NCBI GenBank assembly: GCA_008632985.1
Contig: QPGO01000100.1
Location: 62,001-112,711, forward strand
Length of the DNA: 50,711 nt
Origin: Psammoneis japonica
Taxonomy: Eukaryota
Direction of reading: 5' to 3'
Below, piece after piece: positions 1-13,200 of this stretch; position 1 is the stretch's first letter, and every line of letters starts with the position of its first letter. The notes below the pieces were generated by a model. It did no database searches and had not been told where the DNA came from. It saw only the letters and a list, made by a program, of their open reading frames with translations. The position numbers and the translations under genes were made by a program.

Positions 1-2592
1 AAATGTCAGTCACACTCGTGTGTGGTCTCGTGCCAGCATTTTGTGGCTAAGACCGACCCATGCTGCTTTGATGTTTGTTCATTCATTTCACCTCTTTGCT
101 CACACTTCTTTGATCTAATCTCTTCTTCACTTGTGAAAAAATTGCATTGCTTTGCGCTTGATCCAATCTCTTCTTCACTTGTGAATGGATTGCATTGCCT
201 TGCACTTGCGTTTTGGTGGGGTCATCCTCATCACATTGGCACAGGACATCCCATCAAGGAGCTGCCCTCTGCCATTGCATCTGACAATGACAACCTGTGC
301 TGTGCCAGTGGCATGCAACAGCCAAAAAACATGGTGGTGGATGACCCAATGTGATGGCATCTCATCACACGTTGGCTTTGTGGTGCCAGGAACATTGGCT
401 CTGTGTCCAGAGTGTGCAAATCCTGAGAGAAAATGTTGTTGTCTGATGATGACAGAGGAGGAGACAACTTGTGAAAGCAGTTCTGTGCCAACACCCATTT
501 GGAGGGCACAGTCCAAAGCTTTCTTTGTGTGGTGCTGAGCTGGGACTTTTGTTGTTCGACCCAATCACTTGACATGAATGTGTCCTCCACTGAAGAATTG
601 CCAAGCACTCTGCTTGGCCCTGCCCTGGGGTCAAGCAGCATCTTTGCTGTTGGTGAACTCAGCCACAAACAACCCACCGACAATGGCATCAAGAGCAGCC
701 AACACGTTCTTGCTTTGTGAGCACATGATTTAGTTCAGCACAAGCCAGAGCTGTCACATGTGCCTGATGCCATTGCTGGGGTGGTGCTCACAGTGGAAAA
801 TCCACGCGCATCAGCAGCAGCCCTTCCAAGCAGATTTGACAAAGCGTTCAAGGAAGTGCTGGAAATCAAATGCATCACATGCAACATCCTGTGCAATGCC
901 TCGTTTGACAACACTCCAAAGGATGATGACAGAGATGCTCTTTTTCTCAAGGTGAATCTTTTCAGGCAGGACAACATGAAGTTGGTGTGTGGTCTGGAAG
1001 AGGATTCTGTCAGTTGCTTGCATGAGGAGACAAACAAGCCATTGTTCATGTTTGAGAACACCACAGCAGTGGACAATGCTCAGGCTGGAGGAAATTCTTT
1101 CACAGTGCAGGTCAAGGACAGTGCAACTGGGTTTCAAAGCTGGTCTTTTGTGTGAAACTGGGTTTCAAAGCTGGGCCTTTGTCCACGTGGGCATCCTGGA
1201 AGAGGAGGAATTCCCTTGGATCTCAGAGCTGCCAGGCTGCACAGATGAGAAGGACACTCACTGCATCCTGTCCAAAATGCCTGCCTGCAAGTTTTGGATT
1301 GGTCACTTTTCACCACATGTGCATGGTGTGCCAAACAGACCATTTGAAAGTGAAAATGACATGGCTGTCACATTGGGAGGCTTGTGTTGATGGTGAGCTC
1401 TGCTTCGGAGCATTGGCCACTCCCAGTGCTTGGGGACACCATGGCTTGTCAAACTCCTTGACAGTTGGCAGATGGCTTCTGCAGCAGATTCACACATTTC
1501 AGTCCCTTGTTTGCACTGCATCTTTGTGCTGCATCAGAAAGCATCAACCTGGCAACAATTTGTGAATGTGCACTTCGCAAAGAGTGCTTTGAGATGGGCA
1601 AATCCAAAATTCCAATCCCCATGATGGACATTTTTGTCCTTGAAGCTAGAATGTGTTTGAATGCAATGTGATGCTGCAGGTGATTTACATGTGAGACATG
1701 AAGAAGCTTTGGGTCATTTCATGCTTTTTCATTGCGCCAGCAGTCGTGAAAGTTCGAACAAACCTTGTCACAGTTAAGCACCTGCATTTTCTTGCAAAAT
1801 GTGAAATGAAGGTTGTCGAAAACTGCATCTTCACAGGGTGCACCTGCCAGAAAGGAAAATGTTTTTGCCATTTCAGGACCAAGAGGCATTTAACTGCACG
1901 GCAGCTTTCAAATGTTGGAGCGCATCAGACAAGAACTTTTGTGCTGAATTTTGCATTCTGTCACAATGAACTACAAACAAAATTGTCAGTGCCACTGTGA
2001 CATGTTAGGTCTGCCACCCAAAAAGAGTTCAGTGCAGTTTCTCTACGATTAAGAAAAAGCACCTCCAAGACTTTTAGCTTTTTGGCTTTTTGGGGGGGTT
2101 TGCGTTCGGCTCGTCCATCCTTCAGCAAATCAGTCCCGTTGGTGACTGACGACCGACATGTCGTGGCATTTTCGGTTCGTGAAAAACGCGCCAAAACCTC
2201 TGTCGTGTTGTCAGCGAAAGTGCATCTTGCGTTGCTCTTTCGGTTGACCATTACTTCCATCAATGCTGTCGAATAAGGCAATAATTGGCTGAGGAATCAA
2301 TGCATTGTGAACATGAGACTACACTGCTCCAGCTCTTCCTCGTCGCCGTTGCAGCATGCGCTGATGCTTTTGTTTGTCTTTTATGATGCCGAGGCACAAG
2401 ATGAATTTTGCATTCGCAAAAAGGGGTCTAAACCTATTTTTTATTTTCTGAGAAGAGTTGTGCAAGCTTCAACAGTCCTGAGTTTACAGGAAGCTTCAGC
2501 CTTTTTGCAGTCTCACCTCCTGCTACAACTAGCTTCATCCTAATATTGACTAATCCCTTCACACTGGCGCTCTTTGATGATACTGAACGGTT

Positions 2593-4362
2593 TTAAGGGA
2601 AAGGGTATCCAGGGAAACTTGGCATTCCAGGGATACTTGGGGGGTATCCAGGGATAGTCGGGGGTGGGTATCCAGGGATAGACGGACCTGGGATATTCGG
2701 GTGTCCAGGAAGGTGCGGCTTGTCAGGGAGAGAGGGCAACCCACCACCACCAGAGTGGAAGTAGCGAGAGACGGTGATATTCATCTGCGCAATATCACCT
2801 GGCATAGCCCAGCACTTGTTCCAAACCGGGAGACCCTCCTCTTGAACAATCCCGTTGAATTCAAGAACCGTCGGGTCACAGGGTTCACCACCAGATGTAA
2901 CTCGATAGACGGCACGGCGGGTGACGTCCATACGTTGCTGCTTGAGGCATTCGACCGCTTCGGCTAACTCGTAGGTTGTCTTAATGACACTATCTCCACG
3001 AACGACAGCGTACTGGCTGCTAGCAATCTCCTGCATAGCCTCAATGTCGCTCCAGTCTTTCCAGTACTTGTTGAAGTGGGGAAGGCCATCGCACTGATAG
3101 TGGCCATCATAGACCACGAGCTGTGGGTTACCGAACTTGGTGCCAACCAACTGGAGTACGGCACGCCGAGTAGTATCGTTCGGGAGGCTGTTGAGCTTTT
3201 CCACGGCCTTTCCGAGCTCACTGCCCGTGAAGCGTCCAACAGTCACATCGCCCTGCACCACGACAAAGCCAAGCGCGTAAGTGCTCGCAGGGAACTCACC
3301 CGTGTCACCTTGAGCTGCCTCGGTTGCAGGTTTGGCCCAGTCTTCTTGACCCACACTGTAACAGAGGGAATACAAGGCACCCTGTCCGTGGTTTACCTGA
3401 TGACGAAAGTACTCGTCACACAGATAAACCTGGGCACCTTGGTCTGCAAGTTCAGTATACTGCTTCTTGTTGATCGTGAGATGACCCATGGGGATGTCAG
3501 ACCCAACCTTGTCGTGCTCTCGAAGCTGAATGGTGGTATCCTTGGTGATGTTTCCGGTCCCGTCGTCGAGGGCGATGCGGAAGTATTCTGCGTCTGGACC
3601 GGCCTTCCACTCTCCTTCGTTGAAGTATACCTCGTCATCGTCGGTCATGTGGCAAGTCCTGGGGTCTCCGTTGCCACCAGGAGGGGGGAAGAAACCTCCT
3701 CCGCTGCCATCGTGAGAGTCCAGGATCTGCTGGATGTACACATCATCCTTGCCTTCGATTGCCTGAATCATGAAAGCAGTGAGCTCAGCAACGTAGCCGA
3801 TGCACTCGCCTGCCTTCTCGAAAGCTTTTCCCATGAGCTTACGGGAGGGACGAGGGCTCTTCTTGAGAACGTTGGCGCATTCTTCAAAGACAACCTCAGA
3901 GCACTGTACAACGGCATCCATAAGGTCTTCGTTGTAGCCAGTCGATTGCTTGTGGCATATCAACCCGTGAACGCGGAGAGTCGGAACAGCCTTGAAGAGG
4001 ACGCGATAGTAGAGCTTGTATTGAGCCTTCTTCTTTCCGGTGGTCTGATTGACCACAACCTCGCCCTGGAGCGCGATGCCGCGGTAGAAATCATGCTCAC
4101 CAAGGTAGTCGTCTTCATTGCTTCCTGAGTCTTTCTCTCGAATCTTCACCTTCAACTTTTGGAGATAGGTGCAGTCGATCTCGAGGTTCATAGCCCTTTC
4201 GTCGCTGTTGTCCATCTTGATGGGGTTGTTGTAGTACACATCGGTCGACTTCCCATCGGCTTCGAGTTGGAACCAAACTTCATCGTTTCCTTTCTCTGCA
4301 CTTGAGTGGAGGCAGTCGATCTGGTAGAGCAACAGGATGATATGCTGGACACGGGTGGCCAT
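2593..4362 (-). CDS. Intronless 589-aa protein of unknown function: two N-terminal C2-like repeats, two ~85-aa repeats and a Pro-rich (PGYP) tail
   Basis: Long ATG-to-TAA ORF with normal Tyr/TpA/CpG content. Internal repeats: DEVWFQ..KIREKD..DDYLG..YKLYYRV vs DDVYIQ..QLREHD..DIPMG..YSLCYSV, and VVQGD..TRRAV..GLP.FNKYW..DI vs VVRGD..TRRAV..GLP.WNKCW..DI. Confidence 0.85.
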   Translation of the reverse strand: MATRVQHIILLLYQIDCLHSSAEKGNDEVWFQLEADGKSTDVYYNNPIKMDNSDERAMNLEIDCTYLQKLKVKIREKDSGSNEDDYLGEHDFYRGIALQGEVVVNQTTGKKKAQYKLYYRVLFKAVPTLRVHGLICHKQSTGYNEDLMDAVVQCSEVVFEECANVLKKSPRPSRKLMGKAFEKAGECIGYVAELTAFMIQAIEGKDDVYIQQILDSHDGSGGGFFPPPGGNGDPRTCHMTDDDEVYFNEGEWKAGPDAEYFRIALDDGTGNITKDTTIQLREHDKVGSDIPMGHLTINKKQYTELADQGAQVYLCDEYFRHQVNHGQGALYSLCYSVGQEDWAKPATEAAQGDTGEFPASTYALGFVVVQGDVTVGRFTGSELGKAVEKLNSLPNDTTRRAVLQLVGTKFGNPQLVVYDGHYQCDGLPHFNKYWKDWSDIEAMQEIASSQYAVVRGDSVIKTTYELAEAVECLKQQRMDVTRRAVYRVTSGGEPCDPTVLEFNGIVQEEGLPVWNKCWAMPGDIAQMNITVSRYFHSGGGGLPSLPDKPHLPGHPNIPGPSIPGYPPPTIPGYPPSIPGMPSFPGYPFP

Positions 4363-4928
4363 GGCGATAACTTACTCTCTTGCGGACGTTTGCGCAAAAT
4401 GTGTGAAATGAAAAGATACGCTTTCAGCTTGGAACTCGCATTCCAGATCGTTCATCTGGCTCTCGGCGTCGTAGAAAGTCATACACGATCAACGGGAGAA
4501 AGATACTCCTGCCGTATCTTTGTGGCCAAAGATCAACTTTCTGACGTCGCAAAATTGTAGACGTCTTGATTATTGTATCATCTAACATTTTCATGGCTGT
4601 GAATTGCGAAAGCAATTCAACGGACTAGTAACTATTATTGCTTTGTGAGAGACTGATGAGACGCGTCTAAGACCCGTCATAAGCGAGCAAAGGTACGAGA
4701 CGTGCCGAGTCCGTCTCAAACAAGACTGTGTGTGCTTCTGCACAATTATGCAAGACTTTTTGTTTTCGTCTTGGGATTGGTTTCTCAAGAAAACTATACC
4801 GGTAGCACTTCTTGTTGCAAACATTTATGAGAAAGACACTTCTAATTTGGACTGTGGGAAGAATCTCCGGCAACTTAATACATAAGGGAGCAAAGGTACA
4901 AGACTCCAAATCCGTCTGGAACAAGACT

Positions 4929-5253
4929 GTCAAAATGTCAGCAGGCATCGCAGCCTCTGCGCGCTACATTTTTCAGTTCACTTGTCCGTCGATTTTTTTA
5001 ATTAAGGGACCTCGATGAAAAATTGAAATATTTCAATCGTAGCCCGTGGTATCTTTTCTACGGAGGCGGATGCGCACGATGATGGTGCTGTCTCAGCTGA
5101 TCTCGACCCATCCGGCCTTCGTAGAAAAGATACCACGGGCTACGATTGAAATATTTCAATTTTTCATCGAGGTCCCCTAATTAAAAAAATCGACGGACAA
5201 GTGAACTGAAAAATGTAGCGCGCAGAGGCTGCGATGCCTGCTGACATTTTGAC
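4929..5253. repeat. Near-perfect long inverted repeat (foldback A): ~144-bp arms, ~36-bp loop
   Basis: 4929-5072 is the reverse complement of 5109-5253 with about 3 differences. The right arm ends at the single N at 5254. Confidence 0.9.
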
Positions 5254-8200
5254 NAATCCGAAAACTGCCACCTAACCCGGATCTTAAAGTGTTGGAACGA
5301 AGCCCTTGCCGACTGCTGCCCATGCCAAGCTTTTGACAATGCCTGACATGCCGTTCAATCCACAATCATGGGCAGGGTCAGAGTGCATGTCACTGCTTCT
5401 GGCCAATGTCTTTTCAGTCCTGGTCTTCTGTTGTGGCTGCTTCCATTGGTCTGGTGAGCCATCATGTGCCACATGGTGGTTGGAGGTGGGGTGGCCACCA
5501 GTTTTCCCAAATTCTTCTTCGACATGCCCACCCAGAATGCTGCAAGTTTGTAGAAGGTTTTTGCAGTGCCAGGCAGCAATTGCAACCCAGGATGACTCTG
5601 GCACATGAGATGCTGCATGTCAAGTGCAAGAGAGCAGTTTGTGGAGAATCCAACAGATGCCTCCCAGCTCCCCACGACAAGCACTCTGATCACTTTCCCT
5701 GCCTGGAGTCTGATTGACACCATGACATCAGTGTGAGTGACCTTCTGATTGCAACAACATCACATCACAATTGCTGTTGTTTCTTTGATTGAGCTGTCTG
5801 TCACAATGTTGGCTGTTTCTGCACTGATTTCTTCAGCAAGCACAGATTCGTCAGGTTGCTGTTTGTGTGGCAGGCAGGACCATTTGACAGGGTCATCTTG
5901 TGCTCAAGTTGTTCCATCAATGTGCAGCTGGCAGTCATGAAATTGTTGCTTCCACCATTTGGATGGCAGACTTGTTTCCCTCTGTGCTGTGCCATTGAGG
6001 ATGTCTTGAGTGGCATTCCACGCCCTTGAGTCATCCCTGATCTCCTTTGCTTGCTTTTCCTCATCATGTCTCCAGTGTGCCTTGCTCTGCTCCTGTGCTT
6101 GCCAACCCATCCACCAGCTCTGCCCATCACTTGGCATTGCGGAGAGTCTTTGTCATCTGCACAATGGCTTCTACACTCTTCAATCTGTCAAGAACAAACA
6201 AACTGAGGTGCGACCACAGTTGAGAGAAAAGAGTCTGAATGTGTCTCAGCACAATCTCAGAATGAGTGTTTGTCCATTTTTGGACTTTTTCTCACCTCTC
6301 TTTTCTCATGTGTGCTTTTTCGAGTGCAATGAAGCATGTCATGCACATCGGCATTGTTGGCAGGAAAAATTTGGCTGCAAAGTGGCATCAGCTGTTGAAG
6401 TTGTGAGGTTTGAGCATGAACAACAGCAAGAAAATCACAGAAGGAGTTTTGTTCACATTTTTGGACTCATCTCACCTCACTCTCATGGATGTGCTTGTCA
6501 GAGCAAAATGTGGCATGCAATGCATTGGTGTTGTTGGTGGGAAAAGGTTTGGCGGCACAATCTGGCATCGGCTGTTGCTGCCATCATGGTCTGTTTTTCA
6601 TTGCATGTCTTGTTTTGAGCAAGCAACATCTGGGAGATGTGTGTGCAAATTTGCCAATGCAAACAAATGACTCATGTCAAGCAATTGGTCAATTGTCATC
6701 ATGTGGTGCATCAATTGATGCCTCACGCAGCTTGTGAACTTCCCTTGTGCAGCTTGCAAAGTTGCAAGCTGCACAAGGGTGGGGGCAATGAAAAGTCACA
6801 TTGTGCAGCTTGTGAACTTCCCTCATGCAGCCAGCAAAGTTGCAAGCTGCATGAGGGAGACTTGCTTGAGGAGTGACCGTTCAGTTGGGTGTTGTCCCAC
6901 ACTGTTTGACAAGTGTCCCGGGCAGTGGGCAACAATCTCACATCATGCGGACATCACACACTGACTCCAACTGACCCGTTCATGTTCAACTGCAGTGGCT
7001 GTTGTGATGATGATTTGAAATTAAAAAACAAAGTTGTCGGTGGCATGCCAACTTGCTTGCATGTCCAGCATCCACAGTTGATTCCAACCATTGCACCATT
7101 CTTCACACCATTGTCACCATGATTTCCTTTTTTGATTCGGGCTCCAATGTTGACTCCATTGGCTCAGATGAATTTGGGTGTCATCCCACCAACAACAAAG
7201 AGGACATCTCTGACATGCTCCCACTTGCCCCACAGCAACACAATCCTGACAAATTGGATGATGAAGATGACAAAGACATGATGATGACGAAACCTTGATG
7301 GCCACCACCGCCAATGCACACAGCGCATCCCCATTGCTGCTGCTGTGCATCAGCATGAAACCAACAAAGAAAACCATCGTGACAATGCGGGGGAGGGCTG
7401 GCACCAAGCTGGTGATGATCTGTTTGACAGTGTGCTGCATGATCCAAACAACCTGTGCAGCATGCTTGGGACCATTGACACAGTGTTTGCTGGGTTGGAG
7501 TTGGAGTGGAAAAGTCCTGTTGTCATGCCCATCTGCATCACGTGTCACCAAGGGAATCCCGCCATCCCATTTTTTGGAAGACAACATCTCCAAGCATTTG
7601 GGCAGTGGCTCAAAGGAAAACATGTGCAAATGTGATGCTCTTGTTTGTTTTGATGACTCCAAAGGCCCCCCACCACCACCACCACACACCAAGGGCTGCA
7701 GCAACGCCAGTGCAAAGCACAGCTCTCTGTGTGCTGACCCACAATTGCTTGCCTGCACTTCTTGATTTGAAATGAAAGCCAACGGGTCTGGCCGAATTCT
7801 CTGCCAACCCCATCTCAAAGGCACTCGTGAAAAAGACACATGGCAGACTCTCCACCCAAGCAACTCCGGCAATGTGCACTGCAAGTCATCTCTCTGTGAT
7901 GATCGTTGTTGGAACAATTGCAAGCAAGGTCACAAAAGACAGCCTCATTGCACCCAAACCACAAAATCCATTGGTTCTGAAGGCACCTGTGGATGAAACA
8001 TGCACATCAAGTGCAACCAGTTTGGGTGTTGTTTCATTTGTGGCAATGGTTGCTGTTGTCATGAGAACCACGTGCGTCATCTTCCCAAGGAAACAACTGC
8101 AAAGGATGCAGCACCTTGGTTCATCAGAGATTGACTCCATGAAAATGCATGAGAAAGGGGTGTCTGGGTGCAGGGCAAGTTTGCAACTGCACTCCTGCAA

Positions 8201-8499
8201 ACAAGGATTTCTTTTTGACATGTTTGCAGATCCAGCATGTCATGAGAGCAGCTGACAAAGAAAATCTGTCTCCATTGCTTCCTCCATTGGATGACACTCT
8301 CCAGAATGGTGTTGTGGAGTTGTGATGATTCTTTGAAAGCAGGGAGGTCATTGACTTTTGCATGCTGGCCAGTGGCGACAATGCCACCAGACTCCCAATT
8401 GACAGCAAGACCTTTGATTTCAGTCAGTGCTGCTTTTCAATGAAGCACAAGAGTCAATGGAGAAAGGCATGTGGAAGACTTGGAGCAGTTGTGCTGTGG

Positions 8500-9860
8500 C
8501 ATGCTAGAACAGCATCAACAAGAGCATGATTCCTTCAAGCTGCATGCTCCTGTGACAATCTTTTCATTGGTTCTGCCTGGACCATTGGTGGTGAGAAGCA
8601 ATTGTTCCACATGTCACCCCACATTGCAAAGGTGGACATGACTTCTTGCTCCAACAATGAGAAGAGGGCGCTCCTCACATTTTCAGCAAGGTCACTGGAT
8701 TGATCACACTTTGTTTTTTTCTGTGTGCACTTGCCAGAACAGACTCAACCCATGTTTTGCTGGGTCTTCCAAGTTGTTCTTCCAGTGCTTTTGGACAAGC
8801 CGTCCCTCTGTGATGTGCCCACATGATGTTCACCGACAGTGATTTCCAAGAGATTGAAGAGCTGCGTGATGCCATCTGAAGGCACATGTCTTTGACATTC
8901 CAAGCCAGATGTGGATGGCACATTGTCAAAAAAAGGTTGGACAACCCACTGTCCCGGAGAAAAAAGTGTCTTGGTGGGCCCAACTCATGAACGGTTCAAG
9001 CTGCCAGTTGCCAAAATGAAGGCTTGGTTGTGCTCCTTCATGTGCCCTGGTGGTTGCAAGAACAAGGAGTAAATGATGGTGTCCAAGAAGGCTCTTCTCT
9101 TGATGTTTCTTCACAGCCTGCTTGTTCTTCAAGTCTGCAAGGGTGTTGAATCCATGCCCACTCATTTGGACAAGTGTTTGACAAAAAGAAGCCAGCTGCA
9201 CATGCTGCCAAACAAAAGAAATGGATTCAACACTGTGAAGAAGCAAACAACTTGAGTCTTGAAGGCACCAACTTTGGCATGAAAGGTCATGCTGCGCCAG
9301 TCCTGCATTTGCAAAACCTGGCCACAAGTGCAATGAACATGGCAATGCAGCAGTTGGATGTGAAGGTTGTGGAAATAATTTGTGAATCAAGTGGGGTGGT
9401 GCACACACATTGTCTTTGGTCCAAACTCCCTGCTGCCAATCATGTTGTGACAAGGTGCAAGTGCATGCCATCAAGATGTTGGAAAGCTGTCCATTGCTGC
9501 AAGGACTGGCACAAGCCAAGCAGTCAAGGCATCAACCCCAACAGTGCAATTTGGGGAAGTGGTTTGCAAACTTACAAACAAAGAAGAAAGCAACACACAA
9601 GGAAACCCAGAAGACCAAGCCTGCCAAGAACCAGGAAACAATTCAGAGGAAAGCTGTTCATTCTTCAAGCACATGCCAAAGTTTCAATGGGTGCATGTTG
9701 TTTGCATGGAAAAAACACAAGCCCTTCATTGCTCCTGCACTGATTTTCAATGCACAGGCATGGGTTGCATTTGTCAGTTGTCCACAATGAAGTTCGAGTT
9801 GGGCAACCAATTTAACGGATTCTCTCATCATGACGTTTCAATTGTGTGGTGGCAAAGCAT
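8500..9860 (+). mobile_element. Decayed MULE (Mutator-like) DDE transposase with SWIM zinc finger
   Basis: Motifs in order across stops and frameshifts: LFHMSPHIAKVDMTSCSNNEKRALL (D at 8635), MFTDSDFQEIEELRDAI (D at 8835), RCGWHIV (CxxH at 8910), ANNLSLEGTNFGMK (E at 9261), HCSCTDFQCTGMGC (SWIM-like, 9730). Confidence 0.8.
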
Positions 9861-10172
9861 TTCCACCACATGCAAAGAAGGCCACCCGTGTCACACATTT
9901 GAATTGCAACAAGCAAAGATGCATTGTGGCTTGTAATGTTGCACAACAGCTGCAACCAAGCCTTGGTGTTGGCTGCATTTGACACTGCAAACACTGCTGA
10001 AACTGTCCAACTGGAACTTGTGAAGAAGACCCGCACAATTTTCAAAGAAGGATTTTGTCAAGAAAGCTGCAGTTGGTTCAAAAGGGATGGAGTGCAACAA
10101 AGAGACAGGCCAAGAGCAAGTGACGCGTTCCAGGTCTAGGTGGGACCTCGCACTGCTGAACTGTGACATCGA

Positions 10173-10243
10173 NNNNNNNNNNNNNNNNNNNNNNNNNNNN
10201 NNNNNNNNNNNNNNNNNNNNNNNNNNNNNNNNNNNNNNNNNNN
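10173..10243. other. Assembly gap
   Basis: Run of N. Single Ns also occur at 5254 and 46664. Confidence 1.
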
Positions 10244-13200
10244 TGCAACACAACAAATGCAACTGAAGCTGTCTGACCAGTTCAAAAGGAAAGAGCTGAA
10301 GAGAAAATCGATTCCGGAAAACTTTGACAAGCATTGCAGAGTCTGTTTTTGAGACAAGCCAAAGCAAGCTGTCAAATCAACCATGCCGTTGCTTGTTCAA
10401 CACTGCCACTGCCAGATTTTTCCAAATGTCCAATGTTGAGACGAAAGATGACTGTGATGTGGACCAAGACCTGGCGTTTGGTTTCCTGGATGACGTGCAA
10501 CATTCTGGTTGTGAAGCTTGGTCTCAAAACATTGGCAGCAACCAAAGTGCTTGCAATGTTTTGGTGCCACAGACAAACACCCTGTGTGGTCTGTTTGAGT
10601 CTCAAGATGTGTCCTGTGTGGACATGCCAGGCATCAAACCCTTGGCTGCTGCCACAGACAAAATGATTGCAGAGATGTGGGGCAAGCTGCGCTCACTCCG
10701 TGTGTCTCCATTAAATGAGGAAGACAATTCTGCACCATGACAGGGGTGCTGAACTGCAGCAAGCAAGACACAAAATGCCAATGCACCCACGTGTGCCAGA
10801 ATGGTCCAACTGAATGGCCAAATGGTGACCCACATGGCAGCAGTGTGACTGCATTGTCACACATGTTGCACACACTTGGTGGGCATGTCAACACTCAACC
10901 TGGTTTTGACACATGATTCAGCAGTGCAGTCAAACACTGATTGTGTCTCAAGGAACTTTGCATGACAAATCAATGCCATCAGCACCGCTCGGTGCTGGCA
11001 GATTCACTGGATGATCCATGGTGACCATTGCTTGGGAGTCATGATTGCTTTTGGGAACACTCAAACAACTTCAGAGTCTCAACAGCAGGCAAAGTGCTCA
11101 TGCTCCTCCTGTCCACCTTCATGTTCGTGCACCTGGCCATCTCGTCCCACTCCAGCAATTCATCACCATGAGGAATTGCTTGATGACATGCTTGCACGTT
11201 CCGGTGTGTTGTCTTGTCCAGGCAAATGAACTGCAAGAAGGAACATTTTTGCACATGCGCTGAAAACAAGGGAGTGTCCTAAACAAGGCATCACAAAACT
11301 TGTGCTCTTGCAATTTGAACCACCTCTCTCTGCAGTGCTTCACCAATCCATGTTCTCTCCTTGGAATGTGCAGCAGGGTCTTGCCAAAGGTGTGAATCTC
11401 AGGTCATGATTGATGGCACCTGTGACTGCCTTTGCAGCTTTGACAAGAACAGCCTGCATTGCCACCCAGGGAGGGAGGAGGCCTGTTGCAGCATTCTGGC
11501 CAATGTCATGAGTTCAGGTTAAATCCCTGCATTGTTTCACATTGTCATTCAAAACGGAAAGGAATGACTTGCAAGCCTTGATTTGGTCAAACTGAGGAGG
11601 AACCACACCAACAGATCTCTTCCTCAGGCAAAGGCACGCTGCAGCCTGAACTTGAACCTCCAGTTTCCATTCGTCTTCAGGCATGACCTTGGCATTGGGC
11701 TTGACTGCATTGCCAAAATGTTGAAAGTCCTCTCATCCACCATGCTCCTCCTTGTGCAAGCAGAACAAGTGAGTGAAAATCTTGGACAAGCAGAAGCCAA
11801 AGCACTCATTTGCCATGTCATGTTGCAGCCCTTCCTGACTCCCAACCAAAAGCAGCACCCATGTTGCTGCACTCAAAAATCATGGATCTGGAGTGCACCC
11901 GTTTGTGTTGCACATTGGAAGGATGTCAACTCAAGGCAGTTGAGCTGAAACACCAAACACAAGTGAAGGCACACCTTGCAAGCAAGTTGGGAGCATCCGT
12001 CAGGAGCCAGGCACTTGCCAGGTGGCACTCAATCACAAATGATCTGTTTTGATCTTGGGGTGAATTGTGCTGCCAAACCTCATTGCACTGCACTGTGGAT
12101 GATTGGGGCAGGCAAATCTGTGCTGGCCCTTGGGGACAAATGTGGCCATCTCACCTGACAATCCTGCAGCAACCAAAGATTAAATCATGGCATCAACAAA
12201 GACAGGATTGGGCTCTTGTTTGCTTGAGTTGGACTTTGACTGGGGCAACCAAGTGCCTTGAAGCATGCTGGGATGGCTCTGTCCATCCGTGCTGGCATTT
12301 TGTCCCTTGGATTGGCCGCCAGTGAAGCCAATGTTGCAGGCAGTTGCTGGGTTTCTGCCACTTCACTGAATTTTTCTTTGGGATGGAATTGAATTTACAC
12401 CCATGTTCAGTGCCCTCATGGACACCACGCCAGTCAACCTCCTTTGCCAAAGCACCAGCACCTTGGTCTCTGGGCACTGTCATGGACAGCTGTCATGTTG
12501 TTGGCATGAACAAACATTTTGGGATCACAGAAATGCGCCACAGGAGCCACACCCGGAGCTTCAAAAATCTGCTTCAGTCTGCTTGTCAAAAAACCAATCT
12601 GACACTGGGCATGACCACACTCACCTTTGTGCAACAAATGTCCTTGGCATTTTGCCTGCAGTCAGAAGTGAATCTTGGACATGCACTCAAGTGTGCAGCA
12701 AACATGCAGTTTGCCTTGGTCAATGAGAGCGGATTTTTCTTCTTTGGAAAGTTGATGACAATGTCAGCAGTTTCCCTGCTGTGCACATGTTTTCTGATGG
12801 TGACCACACCAGTGTTGATGAGAGCAGTGTTCCCACTGATGTTGCCCCCCTCCCCTGGTGCCAGCGTTGATGGTGCTTCTGCCAATCCCTCTGACAAATG
12901 CTTCTGCTTGCCCACATCTCCCATCCAACCTGCACATGATTTCCAGCATTTGCACCACTCCTTGCCAGCTTCTCTGCACAAGAGTTCCATTTTCAACCAT
13001 GGCTTTTTTGCTGAGATGTTCAATGACAAGGCCGCCACTGTTCTCATCAACATCACTGGCATCAAGATTGGGAAACAGGTGATGAGGACACACAAGGCAG
13101 CAGTGTCAACAGTGGAAACCCTGGGGGGGGGAGCAGGGGAGACAAGCAGCTTGCCAACCCTGTCTCTGCTTGGCTGATGTTGAGAACTCAATGCAGAGGG

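Noticed and set aside
3076..4128. 350-aa plus-strand ORF
   Set aside because: Antisense shadow of the 589-aa gene, with no ATG start and no motifs.
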